Part shown: positions 1-8,276 of the stretch, piece by piece
Layout: each line of letters begins with the position of its first letter
How positions within the stretch are numbered: the stretch's first letter is position 1
Source of the DNA: Kribbella sp.
GTDB taxonomy: Bacteria > Actinomycetota > Actinomycetes > Propionibacteriales > Kribbellaceae
Assembly (NCBI RefSeq): GCF_035655035.1
Contig: NZ_DASRVN010000498.1
Coordinates: 1-24,000, forward strand
Direction: 5' to 3'
Length of the DNA stretch: 24,000 bases
Translations under genes and position numbers: made by a program
The notes under the pieces: generated by a model
Told to the model about the DNA's origin: nothing
The model's database searches: none
The model's input: only the letters and a program-made list of their open reading frames with translations

Positions 1-339
1 GTCCACGACGAGTCCCCGTCCGCGGACGACACCGACTGGCCACAGATCGCCGCGCTGTACGAGGTACTGCTGCAACTCACCGACAACCCGATGGTCGCCC
101 TCAACCACGTGGTCGCTGTCGCCATGGCAAACGGAGCGGACGAGGGCCTGCGACTGCTCGCAACGGTCGAGGACGACGCCAGAATCGCGTCTGATCACCG
201 GTTGTTGGCGGTCCGGGCCCACCTGCTGGAGATGTCCGGCGACACGACCGGTGCCCGGGCGGCGTACGAGGAGGCGGCAGACCGGACGACGAGTGTCCCA
301 CAGCAGCGATATCTCCACGCGCGAGCGAGTCGGCTGTGA
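1..339 (+). CDS. ECF-type sigma-70 family factor, C-terminal fragment (5' end lies left of the window)
   Basis: Frame 1 is open from base 1 to TGA at 337-339. The translation VHDESPSADDTDWPQIAALYEVLLQLTDNPMVALNHVVAVAMANGADEGLRLL...AAYEEAADRTTSVPQQRYLHARASRL resembles, from memory, the helical C-terminal extension carried by a group of actinobacterial ECF sigma factors. No sigma2/sigma4 region is visible in the window, so the call rests on this tail only. Confidence 0.55.
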   Translation, partial: VHDESPSADDTDWPQIAALYEVLLQLTDNPMVALNHVVAVAMANGADEGLRLLATVEDDARIASDHRLLAVRAHLLEMSGDTTGARAAYEEAADRTTSVPQQRYLHARASRL

Positions 340-471
340 GCGCGTGCCTGAAATCCTCGGCCGGAGTCGAGCGTGCCGACCGACGCCGCCCACGACGTCA
401 GGAGGCAGCACCACCCGACCTCCGCCCGGGCCGGAGCCGGCCGGATCCCGCACAGGCACCGCACTGTGCCG

Positions 472-1659
472 TCACGCGGGGCGTCCGTCGACGGTGTAAA
501 GCCCTTCGACCCGTGGCGTTCCCGACTGGATGCCTGCCACGGGGGCGACCAGGCTACGCGTGTAGAAGGCCTGGGCCCGGAAGCAGAACAGCACCGAGTC
601 CCCGGGACGGAGCGTGCGTCGCGGCGTCTGTGCGAGCCTGCCGTAGAAGTCGATCACCTGGTGGTTCTGGCTGAGAGTCGCATCGACCGACTGCGCGACC
701 GCCGAGTCGAAGTCGCGGCCGACCAGCGCCTGCGGCTGGTAGTCGACCGATCCGATGCACAGGTACAGACCACCGCCGAAGCAGAACGCCGAGTCGCCGT
801 CGAGATGGGACACCTCACTCAGGTAGAGCATCGCCGGCCGTTCGGGCAGCTCCTCGAACGCGTGGTACGCGCCTGTGGCGGTGAATCCGTGCCCGGGTTC
901 GACCTGGGTGACGCCGGCATCGGCCAGCGTCGCGAGGGTCCGCGTCGACGTCTCTCCCGGACCGTTCACGGCGATACCGGACCGGCCGCCGCGCCGCAGC
1001 CGCTCGGCGGTCCGCTCGAGCGTGCGCAGATTGGGGGTCGGGACGACAGTTCGGGCCTCCCGATCGAAGCCGAGTGCGGGGTAGCTGGTGATCCCGCCGA
1101 AATGCGCACCCTCCAGCGCGTCGAAACGGTCTGCCACCGCCTCGATCTCGTCGGCGTCGAATCCGCCGGCGTGCGACTCGATCACCATGCCGTCCCCGTC
1201 GTAGACGCGGGCGAGGAGTCGCTGGTCCAGTCCGATCTCCTTCGCCGCGCCGGCGGCCTCCGCCGCCTTGAGGTCACTGAAGACGGTCCAGTTCTCCGGT
1301 CGCATCGCGGCGGCCGCAGACGCGTCGTACTTCGGGATCTGGACAAGGTGACCGACGTGGCCGACAGGCTGGCCGGCCCGATCGATCGCCCGCGCACACG
1401 TCATGTCGACCGCGACGAACGAATCCACGCCATTGGTGCGCAACGTCTCCAGAGCGAGCGGGTTGCGGCCGAACTGCTTGGTCATCGCGATCACGTCGAG
1501 CCCGAGCCGGTGCGCCTCCGAGCACAACGTCTGCGCGTTGGTCCCGAGCATGTCCAGGTCGATCACGTACGTGTCCGGCGGCAGCTCACCGGACTGGTGC
1601 AACTCGATCGCGGCGGCGGCGAAGGCCGGGTTGTGCGCGACGAGGTTCTTCAGGAACAT
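472..1659 (-). CDS. Alanine-racemase-fold (fold-type III PLP) protein, YhfX/COG3457-like predicted amino-acid racemase/epimerase, copy A
   Basis: 395-aa ORF with ATG at 1657-1659 preceded by an SD-like AAAGGAA. The sequence is non-repetitive, unlike the Arg/Pro-rich shadow frames. A candidate PLP lysine lies in AMTKQFGRNP, and the GHVGHLVQIP and QVEPGHG blocks are shared with copy B. The family was recognised from memory and not searched. Confidence 0.8.
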   Translation of the reverse strand: MFLKNLVAHNPAFAAAAIELHQSGELPPDTYVIDLDMLGTNAQTLCSEAHRLGLDVIAMTKQFGRNPLALETLRTNGVDSFVAVDMTCARAIDRAGQPVGHVGHLVQIPKYDASAAAAMRPENWTVFSDLKAAEAAGAAKEIGLDQRLLARVYDGDGMVIESHAGGFDADEIEAVADRFDALEGAHFGGITSYPALGFDREARTVVPTPNLRTLERTAERLRRGGRSGIAVNGPGETSTRTLATLADAGVTQVEPGHGFTATGAYHAFEELPERPAMLYLSEVSHLDGDSAFCFGGGLYLCIGSVDYQPQALVGRDFDSAVAQSVDATLSQNHQVIDFYGRLAQTPRRTLRPGDSVLFCFRAQAFYTRSLVAPVAGIQSGTPRVEGLYTVDGRPA

Positions 1660-1676
1660 GATTTCCTTTCAGCTGT

Positions 1677-2441
1677 TCAGGCGTCGGCTTCCTGCAGGCC
1701 GGTGATCATCGAGACGATCTCGTTCTTGTGGGTCTGGGCGGTGCGGCGGGTGCCGATCTGGTTGCCCCGGCGCAGCACCGTGATGCGGTCGGCCATCCGG
1801 AACACCTGGTCGAGGTTGTGGCTCACCACCAGAACAGCCGCACCGCGCTCACGGAGTCGCAGGATGAGCTCCTCGACCTTGGCAGTCTCGGCGACACCGA
1901 GCGCGGCCGTCGGTTCGTCCATCAGGACCAGGCTGCCGGCCCAGTGGGTGGCCCGGCAGATCGCGATGCCCTGCCGCTGCCCCCCTGACAGTGCACTGAT
2001 GGTCGCCTTCGCGGACGGGATGCGGACGTCGAGGGCGTCGACCAGCGTCTGGGTCTCGCGGGCCATCCGCTTGCGGTCGAGCAGCCGCAACGGGCCCTTC
2101 ACCAGCTCGCGGCCGAGGAACATGTTCATGTACACCGGCTGGTCGTCCACCAGCGCGAGGTCCTGATACACCACCTCGACGCCCTTGCGGCGCGCATCCG
2201 AGGCGTCGGTGAACGAGACCTGGTCGCCGCCCAGCCAGATCTCGCCCTCACTCGGCTTGTAGAGACCTGAGATCATCTTCACCAGCGTCGACTTACCGGC
2301 GCCGTTGTCTCCGACCAACGCGACGATCTCGCCCGCTCCGACCTCCAGGTCGAACCGCCGCACGGCCACGACGCCGCCGAAATGCTTCGCCAGACCGACC
2401 AGCCGCAGCGGCGGTGCCGCCTGCTCGACGAGCGCACTCAT
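1677..2441 (-). CDS. ABC transporter ATP-binding protein, single nucleotide-binding domain (254 aa)
   Basis: Walker A GDNGAGKST, Q-loop VYQD, signature LSGGQRQ, Walker B LVLMDEPT and H-loop VVSHNL are all present. The ATG at 2439-2441 overlaps the TGA of the upstream gene (ATGA, 2438-2441). Confidence 0.95.
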   Translation of the reverse strand: MSALVEQAAPPLRLVGLAKHFGGVVAVRRFDLEVGAGEIVALVGDNGAGKSTLVKMISGLYKPSEGEIWLGGDQVSFTDASDARRKGVEVVYQDLALVDDQPVYMNMFLGRELVKGPLRLLDRKRMARETQTLVDALDVRIPSAKATISALSGGQRQGIAICRATHWAGSLVLMDEPTAALGVAETAKVEELILRLRERGAAVLVVSHNLDQVFRMADRITVLRRGNQIGTRRTAQTHKNEIVSMITGLQEADA

Positions 2442-3655
2442 GCCTGCACCTCCAGGCCGGAGATCAGCGGAACCGATCCGTCGGAGGCCCAGACGCCCTC
2501 GACCCGGGGCGTCCCGGACGAGATACCCGAGATCGCGGCGGTCAGGGCCCGCGTGACGAAGACCTGCGGCCGGAAACCGAACAGCACGGTGTCGCCGACG
2601 GCGACGTCGGTCCTGCCGTCGAGCGGGATCGGGGCGTAGTAGTCGATCGCCTCGGGGGCCGGCATGTCAACGGGCAGGACCGGCGCGGTGGCGACCTCCG
2701 CCGCGTCGCGCGTGACGACGATCGCCGACGTCCGCGACTCGCCGAGCACCGGGTCGACGTACAGGCCACCGCCGAAGGCGTAGGCCTCGTCGTTCCACAG
2801 GTGGGAGACCTCGCTGACGTAGACGATCGCGGGCTCCTCGGCGAGATCCTCGACCGCATGCCACGGCGTCGTCCCGGTCAGGCCGTGTCCCGGTTCCACC
2901 TGGGTGGCGCCGGCGTCGGCGAGACGCTCCAGCATCGCGGCCGAAGTCGTACCAGGAGCGTTCAGTTCCAGGTCCGTACGCCCGGTAGCACGCAGAGCTG
3001 CGGCAGCCGTCCGCAGCGTCTGCAGATTCGGCGTGGTTCTGACGGTCCGCTTCTCGGCGTCGAACAGCGTGGCCGGGAACGTGGTGATCCCGGCGAACCG
3101 CGCGCCGTCGAGGGCGTCGAGCCGGTCAGCCACATCCGCGATCTCGGCGGCCGCGAATCCGCCTTCGTGACCGCGGTAGAACAGGTCGTCCGGCCCGATG
3201 ACCCGTGCCAGCAGGTCCTGAGTGCGACCCCTGATGGCGCTCGCGGCAGCCGCCTCGGATGCCTTCTGGTCGTTGAAGACCGTCCAGTACAGGGGCTCCA
3301 GTGCGGCACCGAGAGCGGCCTGGTGCCGCGGAATCTGCACGAGGTGTCCCAGGTGACCGATCCGCAGGCCACCGGAAGCGGCCGCAACCGCACACTCGAG
3401 ATCGACACCGACCGCGCGGGTGATGCCTGCCTCGAGGAGCTTGCGGGAGACGTCGGGGTTGCGGCCGATCTGCTTGACCATCGCGAACGTCTTCAGTCCG
3501 AGCCGATCCGCCTCGGTCCGGATCGTGGTCGCGTTGCGGCCGACGGCGTCGAGATCGATCGCGTAACAGTTGGCGGGTAGCTCACCACGGCGGTGGAGCG
3601 CCGCGGCGGCGTCGAGAAGCGCCGGATTCCGGCGGCGTAACAGATCCAGGAACAT
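2438..3655 (-). CDS. Alanine-racemase-fold (fold-type III PLP) protein, YhfX/COG3457-like predicted amino-acid racemase/epimerase, copy B
   Basis: 405-aa ORF with ATG at 3653-3655 preceded by GAAGGAAG. It is colinear with copy A from MFL..L...NPA through GTPRVEG. Shared blocks include AMVKQIGRNP, GHLGHLVQIP, TPNLQTL, TQVEPGHG, SEVSHL and FGGGLY. Confidence 0.8.
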   Translation of the reverse strand: MFLDLLRRRNPALLDAAAALHRRGELPANCYAIDLDAVGRNATTIRTEADRLGLKTFAMVKQIGRNPDVSRKLLEAGITRAVGVDLECAVAAASGGLRIGHLGHLVQIPRHQAALGAALEPLYWTVFNDQKASEAAAASAIRGRTQDLLARVIGPDDLFYRGHEGGFAAAEIADVADRLDALDGARFAGITTFPATLFDAEKRTVRTTPNLQTLRTAAAALRATGRTDLELNAPGTTSAAMLERLADAGATQVEPGHGLTGTTPWHAVEDLAEEPAIVYVSEVSHLWNDEAYAFGGGLYVDPVLGESRTSAIVVTRDAAEVATAPVLPVDMPAPEAIDYYAPIPLDGRTDVAVGDTVLFGFRPQVFVTRALTAAISGISSGTPRVEGVWASDGSVPLISGLEVQA

Positions 3656-3667
3656 GTTCTTCCTTCT

Positions 3668-4639
3668 CTACTGGCTCTTCTTGCCACGGAGCGAAAACGA
3701 CACCGCGATCAGGATGATGACGGCACGGGCGATCATCTGCTGCGAAACTGTCAGGCCGGCGAGCACCAGACCGTTGTTCAGCATGCTCATCAGCAGGCTG
3801 CCGATCAGGGCTCCGACGACCGAGCCCTTGCCGCCGAACAAGCTGGTGCCGCCCACGATCGCGGCGGCGATCACCGTCATCAGATCGGCCTCGCCAAGGG
3901 TGTAGCGAGCACCTTGCAGACGGCCGGCGTACAGCAGGCCCGCCAGCGCCGCGCTCGTTGCGCTGCCGACCAGGACCATCAGCCGGACCCGGTTCACCTT
4001 GATCCCGCTGACCCGGGCAGCCGACGAATTGTTGCCGACCGCAAGGACGTGCGCGCCGTACCGGCGCTGACGCAACAGCATCCACCCGACGCCGATCGCT
4101 GCTGCCGTCCACCAGATCAGGATCGACAAGCCGAGCAGGGTGCCACCGCCGAACAGCCATACGAAGGGGTCGTTCGTCACCGGTACAGACTGCAGATCGG
4201 TCAGCTGCCTGGCGAGCCCTGCCACCAGTCCCATGGTCGCCAGCGTGACCAGGAACGACGGTAGCCGCACCAAGGTCACGAAGACCGCGTTCAGCAGGCC
4301 GACGAGGACACCGATCAGTAGGCCGGCGCCGGCCGCCAGCACCCACTGGTCGGTGAAGCGCAGCACCACGGCCGCCACGAGGGCGGACAGGGCAACGACC
4401 GATCCGATCGACAGATCGATCTCGCCGGCACTCAGCACGAAGACCATGCCGACCGCCATCACCGTGACCGGCGCGGCCTGGATCACGATGTTCGCCAGGT
4501 TGTTCGGGGTGAGGAAGTACTGCGTCTGGGTGATCGCGAAGAACAGGAACACCAGCACGAAGCCGACGTAGACGACGTAGTTCTGCAGGGCGAGCCGACG
4601 CCACCAGGGCACGGCCAGGATCTCGGTCGCGGTGCTCAC
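3668..4639 (-). CDS. ABC transporter permease, ribose/xylose-type (CUT2-like) integral membrane component
   Basis: 323 aa, hydrophobic throughout with about 9-10 predicted helices. It ends in a basic tail (SLRGKKSQ), typical of the monosaccharide-type permease family. The GTG start at 4637-4639 overlaps the TGA of the upstream SBP gene (GTGA, 4636-4639). Confidence 0.9.
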   Translation of the reverse strand: MSTATEILAVPWWRRLALQNYVVYVGFVLVFLFFAITQTQYFLTPNNLANIVIQAAPVTVMAVGMVFVLSAGEIDLSIGSVVALSALVAAVVLRFTDQWVLAAGAGLLIGVLVGLLNAVFVTLVRLPSFLVTLATMGLVAGLARQLTDLQSVPVTNDPFVWLFGGGTLLGLSILIWWTAAAIGVGWMLLRQRRYGAHVLAVGNNSSAARVSGIKVNRVRLMVLVGSATSAALAGLLYAGRLQGARYTLGEADLMTVIAAAIVGGTSLFGGKGSVVGALIGSLLMSMLNNGLVLAGLTVSQQMIARAVIILIAVSFSLRGKKSQ

Positions 4640-5814
4640 TTATGTCCTCCCGCCGCGGCGATGTCGGCCGGCAGCGAGACGCCGAAGGTCGACTCCCAGC
4701 CCTGGGCCAGGTTGTCCTTGGTGACCGCGAAGGCCGGGACGATCACCATCGGTGGCGCCTGCTTCCCGATCAGGCCGTACGCGCCCGCGATCGCGAGCGA
4801 GTTGCCGAACTCGACCGCCAGCGTGGACGTCATCTCCTTGACCAGCCCGCCCTTGGCCATCTCCAGTGCGTTGGTGTTGCCGAGGTCGATCGTGTACACG
4901 CCGATGTCGGTGCGACCGGCATTGCGCAGCGCGGCGACGACGCCCTCGGCCGCGGTGTCCCAGGGCGCGAAGATCGCCTGAATGTCGGGGTGCCGCGCAA
5001 TCATCGCCGACGCGACGTCCTCGACCTTCGACGGGTCGGCCATCGGGGCTCGATCGACCACGGCGATGCCGGGATACTTCGCCTTCAGCGTCTGCTCGAA
5101 CGCCTTCTCCCGCTGATTGGTGACGTAGAAGTTGGCGTCGTAATAGATCTGTCCGATCTTGCCGCGGCCGCCGAGACCGTGGCCGACGGCATCGGCGGTC
5201 GCGGCGCCGAGGCCGGCCAGGTCGTAGGTGACCAGGCTGACGTACTCCTTGCCCGCCTTGTAGCCCTGCGGCTTGACGCTCGCGAAGACCAGCTTGACGC
5301 CCCTCTGTACGGCCGGCTTGAAGGTGGCGACGTCGGCCACCGGGTCGATCGCGATGGTGACGATGACGTCGGGGTTGAGCGCGAGCACGCTGCGGACGTT
5401 GTTGGCCAGGGTGGTCTGGTCGAAATTCGCCGCAGTGGTCGACACGATGTTGATGCCGAGGGCCTTGTAAGTATCCGTCACGCCCTTGCCGAGCGCGTTC
5501 ATGAACGGAGACGCCTCCTGCCAGACGATCGCGGCGCGGAACTTGCCGGCTCTGACCTTCTGCACCTCGGCCGGAGTGAGGTTGAGCTGGGTGTACCAGA
5601 CGGGCTTCTCGCCGTCGGGGCCGCGGGTATCGGTGCTGGCAGGCAACGCCACCGGCGAGACGTACCGGGAGATCCCGCCGGGGTCGGGAGTGACGACCGT
5701 CGTGACCGGCGTACCGGGGCCCGGAGTGGCGGCCTTGTCGTTGCTCACGTCGACCGAGCAGGCCCCGAGCAGCAGACTCGCGGCGATGGCCGCCGCGATG
5801 CGCCTTGTGGACAT
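4636..5814 (-). CDS. Periplasmic-binding-fold (sugar-type) substrate-binding lipoprotein, copy 1
   Basis: The N-terminus MSTRRIAAAIAASLLLGAC carries a lipobox (LGAC) after an RR-containing signal peptide. A Pro/Thr/Gly linker follows, then an alternating alpha/beta pattern typical of type I sugar-binding proteins. AAGGAG lies 8 nt upstream of the ATG at 5812-5814. Confidence 0.9.
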   Translation of the reverse strand: MSTRRIAAAIAASLLLGACSVDVSNDKAATPGPGTPVTTVVTPDPGGISRYVSPVALPASTDTRGPDGEKPVWYTQLNLTPAEVQKVRAGKFRAAIVWQEASPFMNALGKGVTDTYKALGINIVSTTAANFDQTTLANNVRSVLALNPDVIVTIAIDPVADVATFKPAVQRGVKLVFASVKPQGYKAGKEYVSLVTYDLAGLGAATADAVGHGLGGRGKIGQIYYDANFYVTNQREKAFEQTLKAKYPGIAVVDRAPMADPSKVEDVASAMIARHPDIQAIFAPWDTAAEGVVAALRNAGRTDIGVYTIDLGNTNALEMAKGGLVKEMTSTLAVEFGNSLAIAGAYGLIGKQAPPMVIVPAFAVTKDNLAQGWESTFGVSLPADIAAAGGHK

Positions 5815-5853
5815 GGAACAACTCCTTGTTGTGCTGATCGGTTCTGGGGTGGC

Positions 5854-6966
5854 TTAGCCGAGCGCGTCCTTCACGGCCTGCGGCAGCGGCTGGGCCCAGG
5901 CGGCGTACCCCTGGGCGAGCGTGTCCTTGGTGACGGTGACCGAGTCGACGATCCCGAACTCGGGCGCCTTCTTGCCGAGGACGGCCAGCGCCGAGGAGAT
6001 CGCCATCGCGCGCCCGAAGTCGTACGCCCGGTCGGCCGCAAGGGCCGCGGTCCGGCCACCACGCGCCATGTTCGTCGCGATGGTGTCGTCGAGGTCGAGG
6101 GTGACGAGCTTGGTCTTGGTGTTACCGGCGTTGTTCAGCGCGGACAGGACGCCCTGCGCCGGTTGCGCCCAGCTGACGTAGATCCCGCCGAGGTCCGGGT
6201 GCTGGGTGATCAGCGCGTTGGCGATGTCCTCGGCTTTGTTGGGATCGGAGAAGCCCTGCTGCGCGACGATCCTGAGGCCGGGGAACTTGCTCTGCAGCGT
6301 CTTCTTGAAGGCGCAGTCCCGCATGTTCGTCACGTGGAACTGCGCGTCGTAGTACATGATCGCGACGTCGCCTTTGCCACCCATCGCCTCGCCGAGCGCC
6401 TCGGCGGCCCGGCGCCCGAGCTGGAAGAGGTCGCCGGTGATGATGGCCTGGTACTGCTTGCCGTAGGTGAAGCCGTTCGGCGCCTGGTCGGCGAAGACCA
6501 GTTTGACGCCCTGGGCAACCGCCGGCTGGTACGCCGCGGCGCCGGTGGTCGGGTCGACCGCCTGGCCGAGGATGACGTCGGGCTTCGTGGCCAGCGCCGT
6601 CTGGATCTGGTTCGCCTGTGCAGCGGCGTCGAACTTGGCGTCGGCGGTGGCGACAACCTTGATACCGAGTCGCGCGAACTCGTCCACCGCGCCCTTCTGC
6701 ACTGCACTCGACCAGGCCGACATCTCGTGCCAGAGCAACGCGGCCCGGTAGTGGCCCGACTTGATCTTCGCCTCGTCGGCCGGGTCGAGCTCGAGGTCGG
6801 TGACTCTTGTCGGCTTCTCCCCATGCGGACCGACCGTGTCGGTAGCGGCCAGGTCGATGACGGTGTCGGAGGCAACCGATCCGCTGCCCGACCCCGCGCC
6901 ACCGTTGCACGCGGCAACCATCAGGCCCAGCGCGAGCACCGGGACGGCGACCCATCGGCGGCTCAT
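5854..6966 (-). CDS. Periplasmic-binding-fold (sugar-type) substrate-binding lipoprotein, copy 2
   Basis: The N-terminus MSRRWVAVPVLALGLMVAAC carries a lipobox (VAAC). It is colinear with copy 1, sharing GP.GEKP, RAA..W, GVKLVF, YYDA.F.VTN, HPD, TKD.LAQG. The ATG at 6964-6966 overlaps the TGA of the M20 gene (ATGA, 6963-6966). Confidence 0.9.
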   Translation of the reverse strand: MSRRWVAVPVLALGLMVAACNGGAGSGSGSVASDTVIDLAATDTVGPHGEKPTRVTDLELDPADEAKIKSGHYRAALLWHEMSAWSSAVQKGAVDEFARLGIKVVATADAKFDAAAQANQIQTALATKPDVILGQAVDPTTGAAAYQPAVAQGVKLVFADQAPNGFTYGKQYQAIITGDLFQLGRRAAEALGEAMGGKGDVAIMYYDAQFHVTNMRDCAFKKTLQSKFPGLRIVAQQGFSDPNKAEDIANALITQHPDLGGIYVSWAQPAQGVLSALNNAGNTKTKLVTLDLDDTIATNMARGGRTAALAADRAYDFGRAMAISSALAVLGKKAPEFGIVDSVTVTKDTLAQGYAAWAQPLPQAVKDALG

Positions 6967-8255
6967 CGGTCCGCTCCGTCGGCGATGTCACGAACGCCGC
7001 AGTACTCGGCGATGAAGCGCACGTAGACCGCCACGGCCGCAAGGAAGTCGGCGACCGGGACGTGCTCGTCGAAGGTGTGACAGTGACTGATGTCGCCCGG
7101 CGCAAGATAGACCGTGGGGATCCCGAGGTCACGCTCGAAGAAGGGCCCCTCCGACCAGTACGGCCCGGCCGCGATGTCGCCGCGCCCGGGCAGGATCTGC
7201 TTGACCGTGCGCTGCAGTTCGGCCACCACGTCGAGGTTCGGGTCGGTGACCAGCGCGGTGCCTCCGATCGCGTGGTCCCGGGTGGCCGGGTACGACGTAC
7301 TGACCTCGATCCGCTCATCGGAGACCGCCCGCTGGATCACCTGCTCGAGCTCGCTCCGCGCGGCGTCCAGGTCCTCGTCCGGGGTCAGCTTCCGGATGAG
7401 GCTGATCCGGCACTCCCCCGGTACGGCGATGAACCCGCCGCCGGTGATCCCGGTGACGAGCAGTCCCGGCGATCCGATCATCGGGTCCGCCGGCCGCGTC
7501 GCGAGGTCGTCGCCGTACGCCCACAGCGCACGCAGTACGTCGTCGGCGGCGCGGACCGCGTCAACACCGAGCTCCGGCGTGCCGAAGTACGCCGATCGGC
7601 CGGTCAGCGTCACGTCCGCGATGAAGAAGCCCATGTGCGACGTGAACAGCCGCATGGTTGTCGGCTCGCCATAGATCACCAGGTCGGCGGAGATCTCCTG
7701 ATCCCCCCGGCGAGCCGCCTCGATGGCGCGGCGGACGCCTTCGCTCGTGCCGCTCCCCTCCTCGCCGCTCTCCTCGTCCGCCAGGAACACCGTGGTGACC
7801 GGCGCGAGGGGCGCGAGGCCCGCACGGCGCAGCTGCTGGAGCGCGGCGATCGCGACCGCAACGCCTGCCTTGCAGTCGGCGGTACCGCGGCCCCACACCG
7901 CGCCGTCGATGACGCACGCGGCGAACGGGTCCTCGCGCTCGGTGCCGGCCCAGTGTTCCCGCCAGCCGCGGACGTGCACGGTGTCCAGGTGGGAGGCGAG
8001 CACGAGGCCGCGGCGGCCGGACCTGGCCGGTTCACCGGCGGACCAGCGGGCCCACGTGTTGGCGCGGCCGGGTGCGAAGGTGTCGACCTGCACCTCCGTG
8101 GTGATCTGGCGGAGCCGCTCGGCCACCCAGTCGGCCGCAGCCTGCTCCTCACCGGTGACGCTCGGCACCGAGACGACGCCGCGCAGCAGGTCCAGCGCGC
8201 TGACATCGTCCGCGGCCGCGGCGAGCCGCGCAACGATCTCGTCGCTGATGGTCAT
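6963..8255 (-). CDS. M20 family metallo-amidohydrolase (ArgE/DapE/CPG2-like deacylase or peptidase)
   Basis: 430 aa with the canonical M20 metal and catalytic blocks: LASHLDTV, WGRGTADCKAG and FLADEESGEEG. GAAGGAG lies upstream of the ATG at 8253-8255. Confidence 0.9.
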   Translation of the reverse strand: MTISDEIVARLAAAADDVSALDLLRGVVSVPSVTGEEQAAADWVAERLRQITTEVQVDTFAPGRANTWARWSAGEPARSGRRGLVLASHLDTVHVRGWREHWAGTEREDPFAACVIDGAVWGRGTADCKAGVAVAIAALQQLRRAGLAPLAPVTTVFLADEESGEEGSGTSEGVRRAIEAARRGDQEISADLVIYGEPTTMRLFTSHMGFFIADVTLTGRSAYFGTPELGVDAVRAADDVLRALWAYGDDLATRPADPMIGSPGLLVTGITGGGFIAVPGECRISLIRKLTPDEDLDAARSELEQVIQRAVSDERIEVSTSYPATRDHAIGGTALVTDPNLDVVAELQRTVKQILPGRGDIAAGPYWSEGPFFERDLGIPTVYLAPGDISHCHTFDEHVPVADFLAAVAVYVRFIAEYCGVRDIADGADR

Positions 8256-8276
8256 GGGGACTCCTTCGTGAATGGC

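Noticed and set aside
429-469. Short GC hairpins (GGCCGG-AG-CCGGCC at 429-442; GGCAC-N6-GTGCC at 454-469) between the convergent sigma-factor and racemase-fold genes, as a possible bidirectional terminator
   Set aside because: The stems are only 5-6 bp, the first loop is too small, and there is no U-tract. Such pairings arise by chance in DNA of about 70% GC.
373-2166. 597-aa plus-strand ORF spanning the region opposite racemase-fold A and the ABC ATPase
   Set aside because: It is antisense to two genes with clear family motifs. The translation is Arg/Pro/Gly/Val-rich and low in complexity, with no recognisable motif. This is a typical stop-poor shadow frame of high-GC DNA.
4640-5821. 393-aa same-strand alternative frame over SBP copy 1, and similarly 3582-4604 over the permease, 6122-7318 and 6330-6917 over SBP copy 2/M20, and 10126-11409 over ddl
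   Set aside because: These are Arg-rich frames with no signal peptide or motifs. In each case the competing frame has a lipobox, transmembrane pattern or catalytic motif.
5815-5834. Possible hairpin presenting the SD of SBP copy 1 in its loop (AACAA-GGAG-TTGTT on the mRNA)
   Set aside because: The stem is only 5 mostly A-U pairs with a 4-nt loop, and its predicted stability is marginal. It is not enough to claim translational control.
4642-7026. 794-aa plus-strand ORF, the longest in the track
   Set aside because: It is antisense to both SBP lipoprotein genes. Its composition is extreme (runs of R, G, D, V) and it has no domain-like pattern. It is a shadow ORF.
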